Below are positions 26,524 through 39,883 of a DNA stretch of 64,000 bases, piece after piece. The position numbers and the translations under genes are program-made. Below the pieces are notes generated by a model. It was not told the DNA's origin. It saw only the letters and a list, made by a program, of their open reading frames with translations, and made no database searches. Every line of letters starts with the position of its first letter. The stretch's first letter is position 1. This DNA is from Lepidodermella squamata (Eukaryota; Animalia; Gastrotricha): assembly GCA_047495785.1 (NCBI GenBank), contig JBLDXI010000042.1, positions 2,666,001 through 2,730,000 on the forward strand, in the 5' to 3' direction.

Positions 26524-27892
26524 CACAGGGAAAAAAAACTCGGTGTTTACCGCGCCAAATAAGCTACTCAGTAACAACCAGTTTACACGTTAATCAAAAA
26601 CAGAAAAAAAAACTTGTGCACATAAAGTTATTACCGGGTTTTGGTGTTTTACCGGGTTTCATCAAGACGGTTAAAATCGGGCTGGAACTAACCGTGCTTC
26701 GAATAAAACGGTATAAACCCATTCAGCTTACGAATTGGGTATTTACCGATATAGCTGTGAGCTCGTTATTTACCGAGTATCCACACTTCGATTATTAAAA
26801 ATCATCGATAATAGAAGTTGGCATCTGTAACCCAGATTACGCCTAATATCGATTAGAAACAATATTTGAAAGAATATTAATGTAGGAAATACGGCTGTTA
26901 ACACTTTAAATGCCAAAAATAGACTGCGAGGTCCGATATTTCGGTCTAATTCCTGGGTCTGTCAAAAAGTCTTTTATTTCGGGTCAACGATGCGTCGAAG
27001 GGCAAAATGCCTGACGGCAAAGTGTAGGCCATGACCTGGCGGTTCTTTTGACACCGAATTCGGGGCCACAAGGTCTGAGCAGGTCATTGAAAATGACAGT
27101 GAAATAACGTCGAAAATTTTGGATTGGAGCCAAATATCAGACCCAAGAATTGGACCTAATTATTAGACCCAGATTATGGCGCAACAATCGAAATTTCACT
27201 GTTTTTCAAGTTTGATTTCTGTGCGTTCCTTGAAGTCTTTGGCCCCAAATTCGGTGTCAAAAGAACCGCCAGGTCATGGCCTACACTTTGCCGTCAGGCA
27301 TTTTGCCCTTCGACGCATCGTTGACCCGAAATAAAAGACTTTTTGACAGACCCAGGAATTAGACCCAAATATCGGACCTCGCAGTCTATTTTTGGCATTT
27401 AAAGTGTTAAATGTGATATAAACGAGCTACAGCGAGTTTATAAGGTCGCCAGCGAAGCTGGCGCGTATCAGAAGTGGCGAGCCCTGGCTCCTACTTCTAC
27501 ACATGACCTTAATAACGACTCTTAAGTTTTTCATGAATTTTTCCAATTTTTTGAAATTAGCGTTTGCGAACTGTATGCCAGCTGTATGAAGTTGCCCACT
27601 GCCTACCCTAACTAATTTTCGATGAGGAGTAAAAGTCATCATGCGATCCAATGGGGAAAGGGACTTAGAAATAATTTCTGTAAAAATGTGGCAAAGTCGG
27701 TACAAAGTCGGTACAAACCAGGTTCATAACCGTTATTTCTTAGATGCATGGTTCTTACTGGGTTGTACTATGTTGGTAACTGCGAAAAGTAGCAAAAACT
27801 CGGTTGTCATCTGGTTTTTACCGGGTTCCGTAAACGCTGCACGGTAAATTCCGTTTTACGAACTGGGTGAAAACCGAGTTTTTTTTACTGTG
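26524..27892. mobile_element. TA-flanked MITE in RPB1 intron 1
   Basis: TA|CACAGGGAAAAAAAACTCGGTGTTTACC ... GGTGAAAACCGAGTTTTTTTTACTGTG|TA imperfect TIRs; many ACCG/CGGT subterminal motifs. Confidence 0.75.
26902..27406. mobile_element. Nested fold-back MITE with ~170-bp near-perfect inverted arms, TTAA target site
   Basis: TTAA|CACTTTAAATGCCAAAAATAGACTGCG ... CGCAGTCTATTTTTGGCATTTAAAGTG|TTAA; arms ~26902-27070 and ~27238-27406. Confidence 0.88.
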
Positions 27893-28769
27893 TAGTCAAC
27901 TTACAATTTCTTCGGGTGATAAAATGCCGAACTGCACTCTCTTAGCATTTCTGAGCAGACAGCTTGAGTCAATCCAAGCCATCAATATAAAATATCTAAA
28001 TACATCAGAAATAACATGTTTAATTGCCTACGCATTGAGCTTAAGATAGGGCTGATTTCAAAATAATGATTGGAACTCCAGGCTGCGCAATAACAAAGTT
28101 GGTCAGTAACAAGAAGCAGTAAGAGTTAAGATAATTCGAAGAAGGAATGTTTCAGTAAAAACATTTGCACTTGATACTGATAATCTCACCAGATGGATAC
28201 AACTTCATAAGAATACTTCATAAGAATACATAAGGAACAGCCACAGAGCGAGCAGCCTATTGCCTTCATCACTAAGCCACCAATTCAATGATGTTGATGT
28301 TACTTGGACTGTGAAAATGATCATTTCATGCTTTATAGTTTGAAATTGGAGATGCTTGGCATCTTTACACTCGGGCATCTGTCACGATGAGCCCCAAAAT
28401 GCATTTCTGCGCGGTTCAACTTGAGTTCGAGAAGTAAAACACTAGTGATTCGTCGCGGTCAGCTGTTCCGGCCGAAACACAAACAATATCAAACAGCCAG
28501 TTCTCATGCAGCTACTAATATGAAGATGAAACCCTGACCGGCCTTAATTTTTCATTTGTTTCGGTGTTTCAGTCTCCGAGCTCCGAGTAAAGAAGAATCC
28601 ATTGAAAATCAAACCTGACAGGTATATATCGCATCACCCCGATATATTGAGTCCCGATTGAGCCAAAGTGTTGATGGCAGATTATGATCGATGATCGATC
28701 GTTGATGGCTGCTTTCTTTTGTCAGGACTAACGACAGCAGGCTTCGAACGTTTTCGGTCTGCGCCGCGG

Positions 28770-31320
28770 GGTTTCAGGATCAGGATCAGGAATTACGATT
28801 TCTCCTCGCCCTGACGGACTCAAGCTTTCGCCATAAGGCGGAGCTTGTGAGAAAATCGCGAGCTTACGCTCTAGAAAAGTTTGAACTGGTTTACTATCTA
28901 CTTAATGAAATCCCTACCCCTGGTACTCCAATTATTGCTGACTGTTTCTCCAGGGCCCAGGCATTAGTGCCCAGGTGGCTTTTCCACTCACTCAGCGAAG
29001 CCTACACACGCCGTCGTAGCAAGAAAGCTACTAAAAGACTAGGTTGGAGAATTATTTACAAGAGTAGAGATAATTTACAAGAGGTAATTCCACGGAGCCA
29101 AAATATATGATAATTTAATGACGGAGCTATAAAAGAAAATAAAGTATATTACATTTTGGTTGAATATAGGGTTTGTAAAAATAGAAATAGAAATTTGGGA
29201 AACTCATTTAGTTCGGCACGTAGTTGTAGACGAAGGCGGCTTTGGAGTACGGATTGAACGCGACCTGTGGCTGCAGAGAGGCGTTGAGTTCCTTCTTCTT
29301 TCGCTCGCTCTTCGCCTTGATGATGGCGTCGTGTTTGGCCTGTTCGCGTAGGAATTCGAGCGTGGCTTGCCGGCACGCCTTTATGGAAGCGGACAGCCTG
29401 ATCTTCGCTGGCAGCTGGTTCCACCACTGGATGGCCTTGGTTGGGAACGAGCGCTGGCCTGTGGCGAGCTTTCACGATGGCTTGACGTACTTCCCGGTGG
29501 CGGCGCCTCAAGTGTTGTGGTCATGCTGTTGGTTGGCTGTTAGTCATCGGCTTGACTAGCGACGAGAGTGCCTCGGGGGTCTCAGGATCCCTGCTGCACT
29601 TCCAATGGGTTGTAGCCAGGTGGACCAGTCGTTTGCCTTGCAGATTCACCCATCGCAATCGCACGAGAACTTCATCGGCGGGCACGTCAGGACTGACGTC
29701 GAGAACGGCACGAACGGCTTTGTTTTGCGCGTGTTGAAGTCGATCCAACTGGGTCTTGCAGCCTTGATCGATGACGGCGTCGCAGTAGTTGAACTTCGAC
29801 CCAATGATGCCGTCGTACATCATTGTTCGAGTCTTCAGGTCGGTGTGCCGAGCCGCTTTACGCAGTGCGTAAGTACCACTTCTTGCGGCTTTGATCAGAT
29901 GATCGACGTGCTTTTCCATGGTGAGCTTTGAGTCCAGATAGACTCCCAGGATCTTCACCTGGTCAAGTGGCGGCAGATCGACTTCACCAAATCGAATCGT
30001 TGGAGCAGAAGCCTGTTGGTCAGACAAAAACATATAATTAGATTTGTCCCGATTCACTTTAAGACACTTGGCGTGTAACCAATTGCCGATACTGCGAAGG
30101 TCCGCCTCTAGCTTCGCCTTTACTTCTTCAGGCGCCTTCCCACTGGCCACGATCGTTGTGTCGTCGGCGAACAGCGATGCGATGCTGTTTTTGCATTGAA
30201 CTGGCAATTCGTTGATGAAAATGATGAAAAGCGCAGTGAGCCGAGGATCGAGCCTTGAGGGACGCCGTACGAGATAGGCGCGATGTATACCATTCCGACG
30301 CATTCACTGTTGTCCAGTGCCATTCGGCAATCGTCGATAATTTAAAGTAAGCATGACTCGCAGCTGTGGCCAGCTCGAAACCCGAACTGATTCGCTTTGA
30401 GAAAACCTATTCGTTTGAGGTAGGTTTTCAATTGACCGCTGAGACAGCGCTCCAGCAACTTCAGCAGACACGATGAGATGGAAATCGGTCGATAGTTTGA
30501 AGGAATCGTGTGATCACCAGATTTGTAGATGGGGGTGACCGTCGACTCAAGCCAAGTGGTAGGTAGTTTTCCAGTCTTGATGGTTAGGTTAAACAGAGTC
30601 GCTAGACATTCGCTTATTGCAGGGATCACTAGCTTCAAGACGTTGTTTGGTATACCATCGGGACCGGTAGTTGACTTGTTGTTCATTCGATCAACTTGTT
30701 CTTCAATTTTCTTCTTTGTTATGCAAGTGAAAGAGAAACGCCACTCTGGCCGTGGTTGTGGTCGGCTGAAATCAGGTGACTTTGTTTCGGCAGCGATTTT
30801 CTGTCCAACAGCGGCGAATGCTTCGTTGAGAACATTTGCGGCTATCGGAATGGTGTTTTCGCCTGGTGGTGACTTGTCGGTTAGGAACTCTCGTAGAACC
30901 TCCCATATTTTGCGGCTGTTTCCACGATGAGCCTTGGCCATCCGATTTTGATAATGGCCATAGATGAATTGCCTAGATTCCCGGCGATGATCTTTATTCA
31001 AAGCCTTCAGTTTGGCTTCGTCTTCTTCCGAGAACGGACCAACACTTTTCAGACTCAGGAGCCTGTTTCGCTGAATTGACATATTTATGAGGACTCTTGA
31101 TGGCTTTGGCAGACCACCTTCACGCTTTTCTGTTGTTTTGACCTGTACCTCAGGGGCGTGACGATCGAGCAACTGAATGAAGGAGTCGTTGATGCGGTCT
31201 GCGTAGCTGTCAACATCTTCATCTGCCTTTTGAATCGGCCAACTGATTGTCGAGGCGTCCTTTAAGAACGCTTCCGTGTTGATCTCGTTTAGCTTCCTGA
31301 GCTTGGTTTTCCTGGACAGT
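28770..31320 (-). mobile_element. Decayed, 5'-truncated non-LTR retrotransposon (CR1/L2/Jockey-group RT)
   Basis: GPDGI, TPIYKSGD, NYRPIS, QFGFRAGHS, GVPQGSILG, FADDT, KILGVYLD, WNQLP. Stop, deletion and frameshifts at ~30340, ~30240 and ~29520. (ATCCTG)n tail at ~28775-28790. Confidence 0.88.
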
Positions 31321-31374
31321 CAGGCAGACCAAGCTTGAGCCTCGCACCCTCAAAAACAGCTTCGAGAGCAAGCT

Positions 31375-32419
31375 TTACTGGGCTTTGGCGCGGGTCGTAG
31401 TTAAAATCGCCCCCAATAATGATTCGATCTCCATTGGCCTTTTCGGTGAGCTTGTCGGTGAAAAGTCCCGATGTCCCGAGCTGTGGTGACGCGGCCCAGT
31501 TGGCATGGGCTGTTCGTCCGGCACGCAGTAAGAGCTGAGGCGGGCGAGGCGTTTTACTGAAGGCGCCCGGCGTTGCACGTCCTTAAGCGTGTCCTTGAAG
31601 CAGATTGCGGCGAGGATTGCACCTCCGAGTGGGCCCAGCCAGTACACCCAGTGGGACTCCCAGCAGTCACCTTGTAGAATGATAGCTGGACCCAAGCTCC
31701 TAGCAGGGTTCATGCTGGCCCCGGTCAAAGGTCCCTGAAGTAAATCAAGAATTATTTTCAAACTGTTAAAATAGAGCAATACATACTTTGATGCAAATTA
31801 ATAAGGTGGCTAGGAACATAATTCCGATAGCGGATGCTCCTGGGTTACTGCCTGATTGTTCCAACTTCGTGACAATAGCCAAAGCGCCGAAAACCAAAAC
31901 CGCAGTGGTCGTAAGCTCGACGCCAAAGCCTTCAAGCGGCCGAATGCTTTTATCAAGCCTCGTGCACATGAAATGATTTTCGCGGGTGAATGGAATTATT
32001 CCGTACAGCACAGCCGAACCAGCTATGGCACCGACGATTTGCACAACGACGAGAAAACCAGCCCGAACAAGGCTAATTTTGCCGAGGAGGAAGGTTGCCA
32101 ATGTAAATGCTGGCTTAATGTGGGCGCTGATATGGCCCAAACTGAAAATGATACCACCTATAACGGCGCGAAAGCCAAGCGCTACTCTTATGTGAGCATA
32201 AACATCGGCCTGTTCGGTCACGTGAGCTTTGTGCGAAAAATTAACAACAATTCCGCCGACTCCTAAAATTAATAGGAGCATAGTTCCTAAATTAGAAACA
32301 CATTTTTGTAAAAATAAAATTTTAGGATTGAATAATTTACCGGCAAATTCTGCAAAAACTGCTCGCCAAAAATCTTTCGATTTATGATTTTCGAAAAGGA
32401 TGACCCCAATTCCGCCCAT
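31375..32419 (-). CDS. Aquaporin (MIP family), aberrant; possibly pseudogene
   Basis: [11 protein letters not shown]|[12 protein letters not shown] (first NPA is KPA), [31 protein letters not shown]; two short GT-AG introns. Confidence 0.8.
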
Positions 32420-32725
32420 CTTGACAGCGACGTTGCTCTTCGAATCCCTCCTCAGTTGGCAACAGCTGGTCGAATTATTAGGATTAGAGTGTTGTTGTCT
32501 ATAAAAAGGGCTACTAATAGAAGGACGTCCTCCTGGGCTGGTGACAACGAGAAGTGGCGGTGCGCCCGCAAGGTCGACTGAACCACCGAGGCGCCAATTT
32601 TCATTAGCGCGCGTAAATTACGTCACAGGTGAAATGCGAGCGGATAATAAAACGCAATAGTGCGCGAAATATACGAAAATTTGATTTAGGCAGGCTTTAG
32701 GCTCATTGGTAGCCTACGTCTCATG

Positions 32726-35538
32726 GGTTTACAGGCTAAATTTTAACAATACACAATAGAGTGCGCAACAGTCATGCAACACTCATGACTTTTTTTTGCT
32801 CGTGATTCTAAACCTGTCTGTAACGATGCCGTGCTAAACGTGCTAAGGCTATAATTAAGCATGGGCATTTTTAACGGCACGTAGCATGGAGGAATAGAAA
32901 TGGAGTTGGAACTGCGCGCAGCGAAAAAGAGTTATCTGATGGTGCGCGCGCGCTGCCGCTCGCGTACTTACAATAGAGCGTGTTGCGTAACCGCTCGGGT
33001 GCTTGTCTCACTATGTAAAACCAAAATATTTTCTAGCGCACTCATTTTTTATCGGTTTTTCTTATATTTTATGTCAACGAAACCGCTGAATCATGAGCAG
33101 TCGGTACGTCTAAATTGCGTCTTTATGCCATTTATAGTCTTGGGGATAATCGCAAATAACTGTTGAAAAGTACCAATTTTCTGAATTTTCCAGAGCCTAA
33201 ACGGTAATAGCTGTTATCAAGCAGTAAAATTGTACCGATAGAGCTCGTTTTCATCTATCGGTACGTCGTTGTTATAATGTTATACGTTGTACAGGTGCGC
33301 GCCCACCAGTTAACAAAGAAAGGGTGATGGCGAAAATTGCGTGCGCGCTCGTCGTTGTGCGTTCGAACATGCATCACGCACACATTTTGGCCGCCGCGAA
33401 ATTGTTGCGCCGCCTGTTCGCGAAACGAATCACCAGTGTGTTTTTTAAGAAATGGCCTGGTGTTTAAAAACCTATTTTAGGAGTTTAAAAATGTGCTATT
33501 TTTGCAGTATTTTTGCTGTAATTTTCCGAAAACAAATAGTCTGGTGTTTAAATTGCATCGGTCTGGTGTTTAAATTTAAACCCTTTAAACCCCTTAAAAA
33601 CCACACTGGAATCACGATGTTGGACGTCGAACAGCAGAAAACTACGTCAAGCTCTTTACGGCCGGGCCTTAATAACGATTTTTGATTATTTTTCAATCGT
33701 TGTGATTTTGTGAAACCGAGTCGAATTTAAAATCAGAGAATAAATGAAGAATTAACACAAAAAACGATTAAAACAGAGATAGTTGCGAGTGGTTTAGCTG
33801 GTTTTAATGGGTTACAAAACGACGCGTTACTATGGTGTGCGCGCGGGTTTTTTGTGCTCGGTGTGTGCGCGCGCGCGTGATCGCTCGTAAATTAGTCTAT
33901 TGTTCAGCGTCTAGATACGGTGCGAGATATGGCCTTTGTGCTCGCTATTTCAGCGAGTTCCAGCTCCATTACTATTACTCCATGGCACGTAGCCTTCTGC
34001 CTAATTCCCGCGAGTTAGTTTGGCTGAAACCACGTGGTGTCTGAATTGCCGTTAACTATAAAACATCTTTGGTTACCGTTTTTTTCATTCTCCACGCCAA
34101 CGCATTCACTTCTAATGCATGGCAGAGGCCCAGTACACAGAAAATCACTGCATCCTCGGAAGAGCATCTATACTATTTGGTATTCGAAATTAATTTAATG
34201 GAAAATCCGGTTGGTTGTTGACACAAGCCAGAGGTAGAAAATAAGGCGGACGATAAAATCTAGAATCTGCATATTTGAAAAAAATGCAAGCTTTACTTAT
34301 TTTTCTAGCTGTTGTTGAAGTCGCTTGTTGTTCGACTAATCTTTCGACAAGTGTTGTTTACAAGCCATTGGAATCACAGCTGTTCGAAATTCTCTCAAAT
34401 CGCTGCTCGCTGAGTGACGGTTTCGCACCTAGACAAGGAAATGGCACGGTCAAAGTCGAATTTTCGTTTAATCTATATCAAATTTTCGAGCTTTCTAGCG
34501 TCAAAGAAACGTTCGATTTTTAAATAATCAGCAGTGATTTTTGGGTCATGGACAATTTTCATCTAGGTTTTCGACGTTGGCTGAATTGAGATTTATCTGG
34601 TCTCATCCATGCGTATCATGGGATCTCCCGGAATTCGCGCAATGGTCACATTTTAGCGAAATTTCTGTTGAGCCTTCAATGATATGGCGCCCACATATCC
34701 AGGTAGATTGAGAAAGGTGTAAAAATGCGTTAAATTGTTCTTATGCAGCTCATGAATGCGGTTCAAGACAGTTTTATTATCGAGAAGTAAGAAACAAGCA
34801 GTTTCCATACTTCCAGCATTCATGTTTGCTTTAAGGGTTGGGCTTCAGGCGACACTTTACATCTTGAAAGACGGCCGTGTGAGGTGGCAGCCGATGGGAA
34901 GGTTTGAGTCGATATGCTCTCAAAGCAAGCTCTAAATTATTCACACCTCCTTAAAATTCAAAAGCCTGATATATAGATTTATGGAATTTTCCGTTCGACT
35001 TGCAACATTGTTCCCTGCGATTTGAATCCTGGGAAAGCGCGGAGTCTGTCGCTATAGTATCGACTGCGCTTACAATGTACGAGAAAGATAGCTTCATCGA
35101 CGAAAATCACGTCTGGAAACTAATAGCATACGATCATCAGCTAACAAATCGAACTTATAATGATGATAATTCAACGTATAGCGCAGCCATTGTTACCTTC
35201 CATCTTCAGCGGAGTTACTTCTACTTCCTAGGATCTATCCTTGTCCCGAACGGAGCCTTGATGGTTCTTCAATTGGGCACATTCATCATGCCACCTGAGA
35301 ACACAAATCGGCCATATTTTGGCGTTAGTGTTGTACTGGCGCTGGCAGTTTTTATGACTTCCGTCGCCAATGCTACTCCTCAAACATCCCAGGTCGTGCT
35401 GATTGCAGTTTGCCTGACGGCTCATTTTACTTTAGGAGTCATAATCACGCTGTATGCAATCATCACCTGCCCGCTTGCGAAGTTGGAGCGTCACGTAACA
35501 AAGCGGCGTCAAAGCTTGAGCCACACAGCGAGCGCCCA
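32726..35538 (+). repeat. Segmental duplication copy B (contains hAT MITE insertion and most of L9)
   Basis: Matches 15908-17765 once the MITE here and the LINE tail in copy A are removed. Confidence 0.92.
32885..33984. mobile_element. hAT-like MITE
   Basis: TIR CATGGAG(G/T)AATAG(A/T)AATGGAG(T/C)TGGAACT; 8-bp TSD GCACGTAG on both sides; empty site in copy A at ~16051. Confidence 0.92.
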
Positions 35539-35734
35539 AATGTATCTGGCTGGTAATTTTACGGCTGATAATAAGGCTTATTGTAGATGTGGGCTCAGTG
35601 TATCGCGGCGTTTTGACCTTGGCGTTGGCTTATTCCTAACAGCGGTCACTATTGCGCTTGACGCCACGATCTACATCAAAATCACAACACCTGTTCCATT
35701 CGACAGAAATTCCTCGAGTAAAATCATGAATTAA
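34283..35734 (+). CDS. L9: Cys-loop LGIC subunit (intact partner of L8)
   Basis: RCSLSD, WSHPC, WRPHIQ, CSQN|LWNFPFDLQHC across a GC-AG intron, FESWE, LQRSYFY, TNRPYF, TPQTS, RRFD M4. Confidence 0.88.
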
Positions 35735-36014
35735 AAATCAACGCAGAAACATATGCGAATGTAAATTCACGTATTGTTTGATAGAATGGAAAATATCTTG
35801 TATATGTCTAAGGAGTCATTTCCGAAAACTGAAGATCTTTGTGCAAACAACGGGTACATTAATTTCTGCACCGCAGCTCTCGACTTTCTCTGTAAACATA
35901 GGATGTAAATACTTGAAGCAATAAACGTGACACCTCTAAATGAGCGACGAAACGAGCTATATTCACCTTTCATATAATAAAATATAACTATTCTTTGAAG
36001 CCTTGTATCAAGCG

Positions 36015-37374
36015 ATGCACCAGTTTTTACCAAATGCTGCAAGACAATTTCTGCTCATATCGTTCATCTCAGCGAGTACATTTGGCTTGGAAAAAACTGT
36101 GGCCTTTCGGCCACTTGAGGCTGAACTTTTTGAGTGGGTTAGCAATCGTTGCTCGCTCAAGGACATGGTGACGCCTGTGGTTGGAGAAACTGCAATAAAT
36201 ATAAACCTGAAATTCAACCTTTACCGATTCTTCGAGTTAATAAGTGTTCAACAAAAGTAAGGTTGAATCATCAACACGAAGGCTCCCCAATCTTTAATTA
36301 TTTAGGCTGTCAATCCTTGCTGAGCTCAAGCTCGAGTGGAACCATCCGTGCGTCCAATGGAACTCAAATTCATCCGACGATAAGGATCTAAAGGAAGCTT
36401 CAATTAAGTTTGCTGATATAAGTGAAATATCCATTGACCCATCTCTTGTTTGGCGACCCAGAATCCAGGTATATTGCATAATTCTTATAAGGAATTCTAA
36501 TTTGAGTTGATAGTTTAGCACCTTACAGCAGTTGACGATCCCTTTATCGTAAGCCGCATCGGTTTGGATACGACGATATACATTGCAAATAACGGTGGCT
36601 TTTCATGGCAACCAATGGGGCGCATTGATTCTACTTGCGACCAACGTAATTTCTGTGGGTAAAATGGCTTACCAAGCTTACAGGCTTTATTTAATAATAG
36701 ATCTATGGAACTTCCCGTTCGATACTCAGCATTGCCAGCTTTTATTTGAATCTTGGGAAAGTACGGCGCGGGTGAATTTTTCTTCAGTTGAATTTATTCT
36801 GTTCGAGAAGAAGCGATTGATTGATGAAAATCAAATCTGGCGATTGATTGGCGTCGATCAAGAACTAGTCGAGGCAACTTACACCGACGACGAAGCTAAA
36901 TACAGCCGCGCAATTTTCACGTTGCACGTCCGGCGGAACTATTTCTACTTCTTCGGGTACATCGCTCTCCCTTGCATCGCTATCTCTGTAGTCCAGTTGA
37001 GCACGTTCATCATGCGACCCGAGATTCCAGACCGACCTTATTTTGCAATCACCTGTGTTTTAGCGCTGGCTGTTTTGATGTCAGCTTTCTCTACTGCGGT
37101 GCCTCAGACGTCTGAAGTGGTCCTATTGTCTATAAATATGGGCATTCAATTTTTCACCGGTGTTATGATAACTCTTTACACTATGATAACTTGCATTTTG
37201 GCAAGATATCCTAGATTCATTTCAATCGATTCTAAGCATTCATTTATCATCTCGGCGAAGCTATGGCCGGAATCTTTGAGCCTTATCAGGCAAATAGATG
37301 TCATTGTAGGCTGTGTGACGGCGATTGTGACTATTCTTGCTAACATGGTCATATATGCCCGAATAGCCTACTAA
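36015..37374 (+). CDS. L10: Cys-loop LGIC subunit
   Basis: RCSLKD, WNHPC, LWNFPFDTQHC, FESWE, VRRNYFY, PDRPYF, VPQTS, IRQID; AATAAA at 37389. Confidence 0.9.
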
Positions 37375-37694
37375 TTTTTCACATAAAGAATAAAGAGAAA
37401 AGGTGGTACCCAGTTATCAATCGATAAAACGGAACCAATTATATCTCTCGCGTGGTGCTTTAGGTTTATCAAAAGGTTGCATGTCTTGTTCGAGATATCT
37501 CTCACCTCATTACGTGTCATCGATCGGCGTTATCTTTTCCTCGACATGGATACGATCAACATTGATAGCATTAGTTATTAATGCAGCTATGAATTTTAAG
37601 TGAGATGAGAGCTGGGCATTGTAGTTTTTCGATACCATGCAGGGGAGGAGTTTATGCAAGAAAATACGATCGAGATTTATGCTTTGATTTTCTA

Positions 37695-39280
37695 ATGTCA
37701 AAGCCTTATGTCAAAGTCTTATTTTTTGTGATTATCGCGCTAAAAAATAGCAGATGCCTTGACTTCAATATCAGCTCAGTAAATGCGACTCTGATGACAG
37801 AAGAGCATCATGCCACAGGAAATTCGTCACTAAGCGAAACCACAGATACCTCGCCATCAACCACATCCGAATCAACTACTGCTTCCGCATCTAAGGTCAA
37901 TTCTACCGTGTCTGTCAATGGAAGTGCTCCAGCTGAATCGAACTATCGACCCCTCCAGTCTCAGCTTATCGATTGGCTTGATACCCGTTGCGCCATCAAA
38001 GATCTTTCGACTCCAGTGGTAGGAGGCGGGGGTTTGAATATGGACCTGAATTTCCGGTTGTATAGATTCTTCAGCTTAAATAGTGTTCAAGAACAGTTGG
38101 TTAAAAGCATTCAATAATGATCCGTTCACTGAGCCGATTCCGTGATTTAACAGGTTCACGATCATTGGAGAGCTCGATCTCAGTTGGGCGCACCCTTGCA
38201 TAGCCTGGGTGGTTAAAGATAATTCGTCGGCAGACCCTGAATTGATAGCAGCGTCTGAGAAATACGCCGATCTGAGTCAGATTATTATCGAACCCTCATT
38301 AGTTTGGAGACCTCGAGTTCAAGTAAGAGTTCAAAAATCGAAATATAACTGAAATCTAATTGTGATTTTATTCCGCACGAAGCATATCAACTCAGTTAGC
38401 GAACCATTCATTTTAAACAGGTTTTAGATTGACAGATGAATGCTGAATTTGTCTATAATATGCTTTCCTTTACAGAATAGGCCTCGACGTTACGATGTAC
38501 ATAGGAAATGATGGAACGTTCACTTGGATGCCTATGGGCCGTTTTGACTCAACATGTGATCAGAGTAAGTACATCCCAACTCGGAAATAAATCCAATATA
38601 TGTTATTATCTCTAGATTTGTGGAATTTCCCCTTCGATACTCAAAAATGCGAACTGATTTTTGAATCATGGGAATCAACGACAGTTGTCAACTTCACATC
38701 GGTTCACTTCGTTTTGTTCGAACGGAAGCGATTGATTGATGAAAACATGGTATGGAGACTAGTGGACGTTGAAGAAGAGCTTATTAATGTTACTTACAAC
38801 GGCGACCCCGCGGAATACAGCAGAGCAGTGTTCATCATTCATCTGCGGCGAAATTTCTATTCATTCCTCGGCTCTATTTTGCTGCCCTGCGCCGCATTGT
38901 CTTTGGTTCAACTCAGCACATTTATCATGTCGCCAGAGTTGCCGGATCGTCCCTATTTTGCCATCACCTGCGTTCTCGCCTTGGCAGTATTTATGTCATT
39001 TGTGGGTGGCTCAATACCCCAGACGTCACAAGTTGTCTATCTTTCGGTGAATATGTCGATTCAGTTCGTCATTGGCGTCATGATTTGCCTGTACGCTATG
39101 GTAACTTGCGCGTTAGCAAATAATCCCCGTTTAACGAAGGGGAGATTCGAAAGTGCATTCTTCGCCAACTTGGAGCCAACAAGTGTTGTTCGAAGAGCGG
39201 ATTTCTTCGCAGCCTGGCTTACCGGAGCTCTCACCTTAGTGACAAACATTATAATTTACGCTAAAATAGCGTCAAGCTAA
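37695..39280 (+). CDS. L11: Cys-loop LGIC subunit with Ser/Thr-rich N-terminal extension
   Basis: Signal peptide, S/T-rich tract, RCAIKD, WAHPC, LWNFPFDTQKC, PDRPYF, IPQTS, VRRAD. Confidence 0.9.
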
Positions 39281-39883
39281 TGTTGAAATTCAAGGCCATT
39301 GAATAAACACTGCAATAATACTCTCAATTCCGATGGGAGCCGTTTAGTCTTCCACAGTTGTAGGTGCATAATTTATGATTTTAGCCTGGTTATTATAACA
39401 GTAAATGCATTTGCACGCAATTTAATCAACTATTCGTTTTTTTATTTCCCTGCGCACTTTCAAAGCTGACCTCAAATCTTCAGAGAGAGGATAAGATTAT
39501 CTGATAGAACCTGTAATTTTTTGCTTTCTCCATTTCATGCTGCGATCTGTAAGGCCTCGGCTCCCAGATTTGCGGTCAGATGATTTGATATGGCCGTGAT
39601 TAGCCCAGAGTTGATCACATGCCTTTAGAGTCGCACAGTTTTCTGAATTAATTGCAAGCGGCAGAAGGTCAACAAAAATTATTATAAGCCATCCTAATCT
39701 TTATTACAAATTAAAAACGAATGTTCCCATGGCGATCAGCATTATTGATTTCCGTTTTCAATTTCCTGTTTGTTATAGATCGCTGCTAATGCTGCTATTC
39801 CGCCTGAGGTCAAGTCTGATCGAACGCAGTTCTCTTTGATGGTGGCACTAGCGGTAAAATAATTGTCCTCAGACACAAAACAA

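Larger units (their letters stand above)
20053..27982 (-). pseudogene. RPB1: RNA polymerase II largest subunit (RPB1/POLR2A) copy; divergent, with stop/frameshift before the CTD (pseudogene or CTD-less paralog)
   Basis: Exon 1 MAWIDSSCLLRNAKRVQFGILSPEEI; CPGHFGH; [11 protein letters not shown]; [10 protein letters not shown]; [15 protein letters not shown]; [12 protein letters not shown]; YSPTSPS heptad exons at 20053-21400. In-frame TGA at 21742-21744 lies within a short imperfect duplication. Confidence 0.85.

Noticed and set aside
28070-28330. Coding-like stretch upstream of RPB1 with a 13-bp tandem duplication
   Set aside because: Interrupted by stops, and no recognisable homology by eye.
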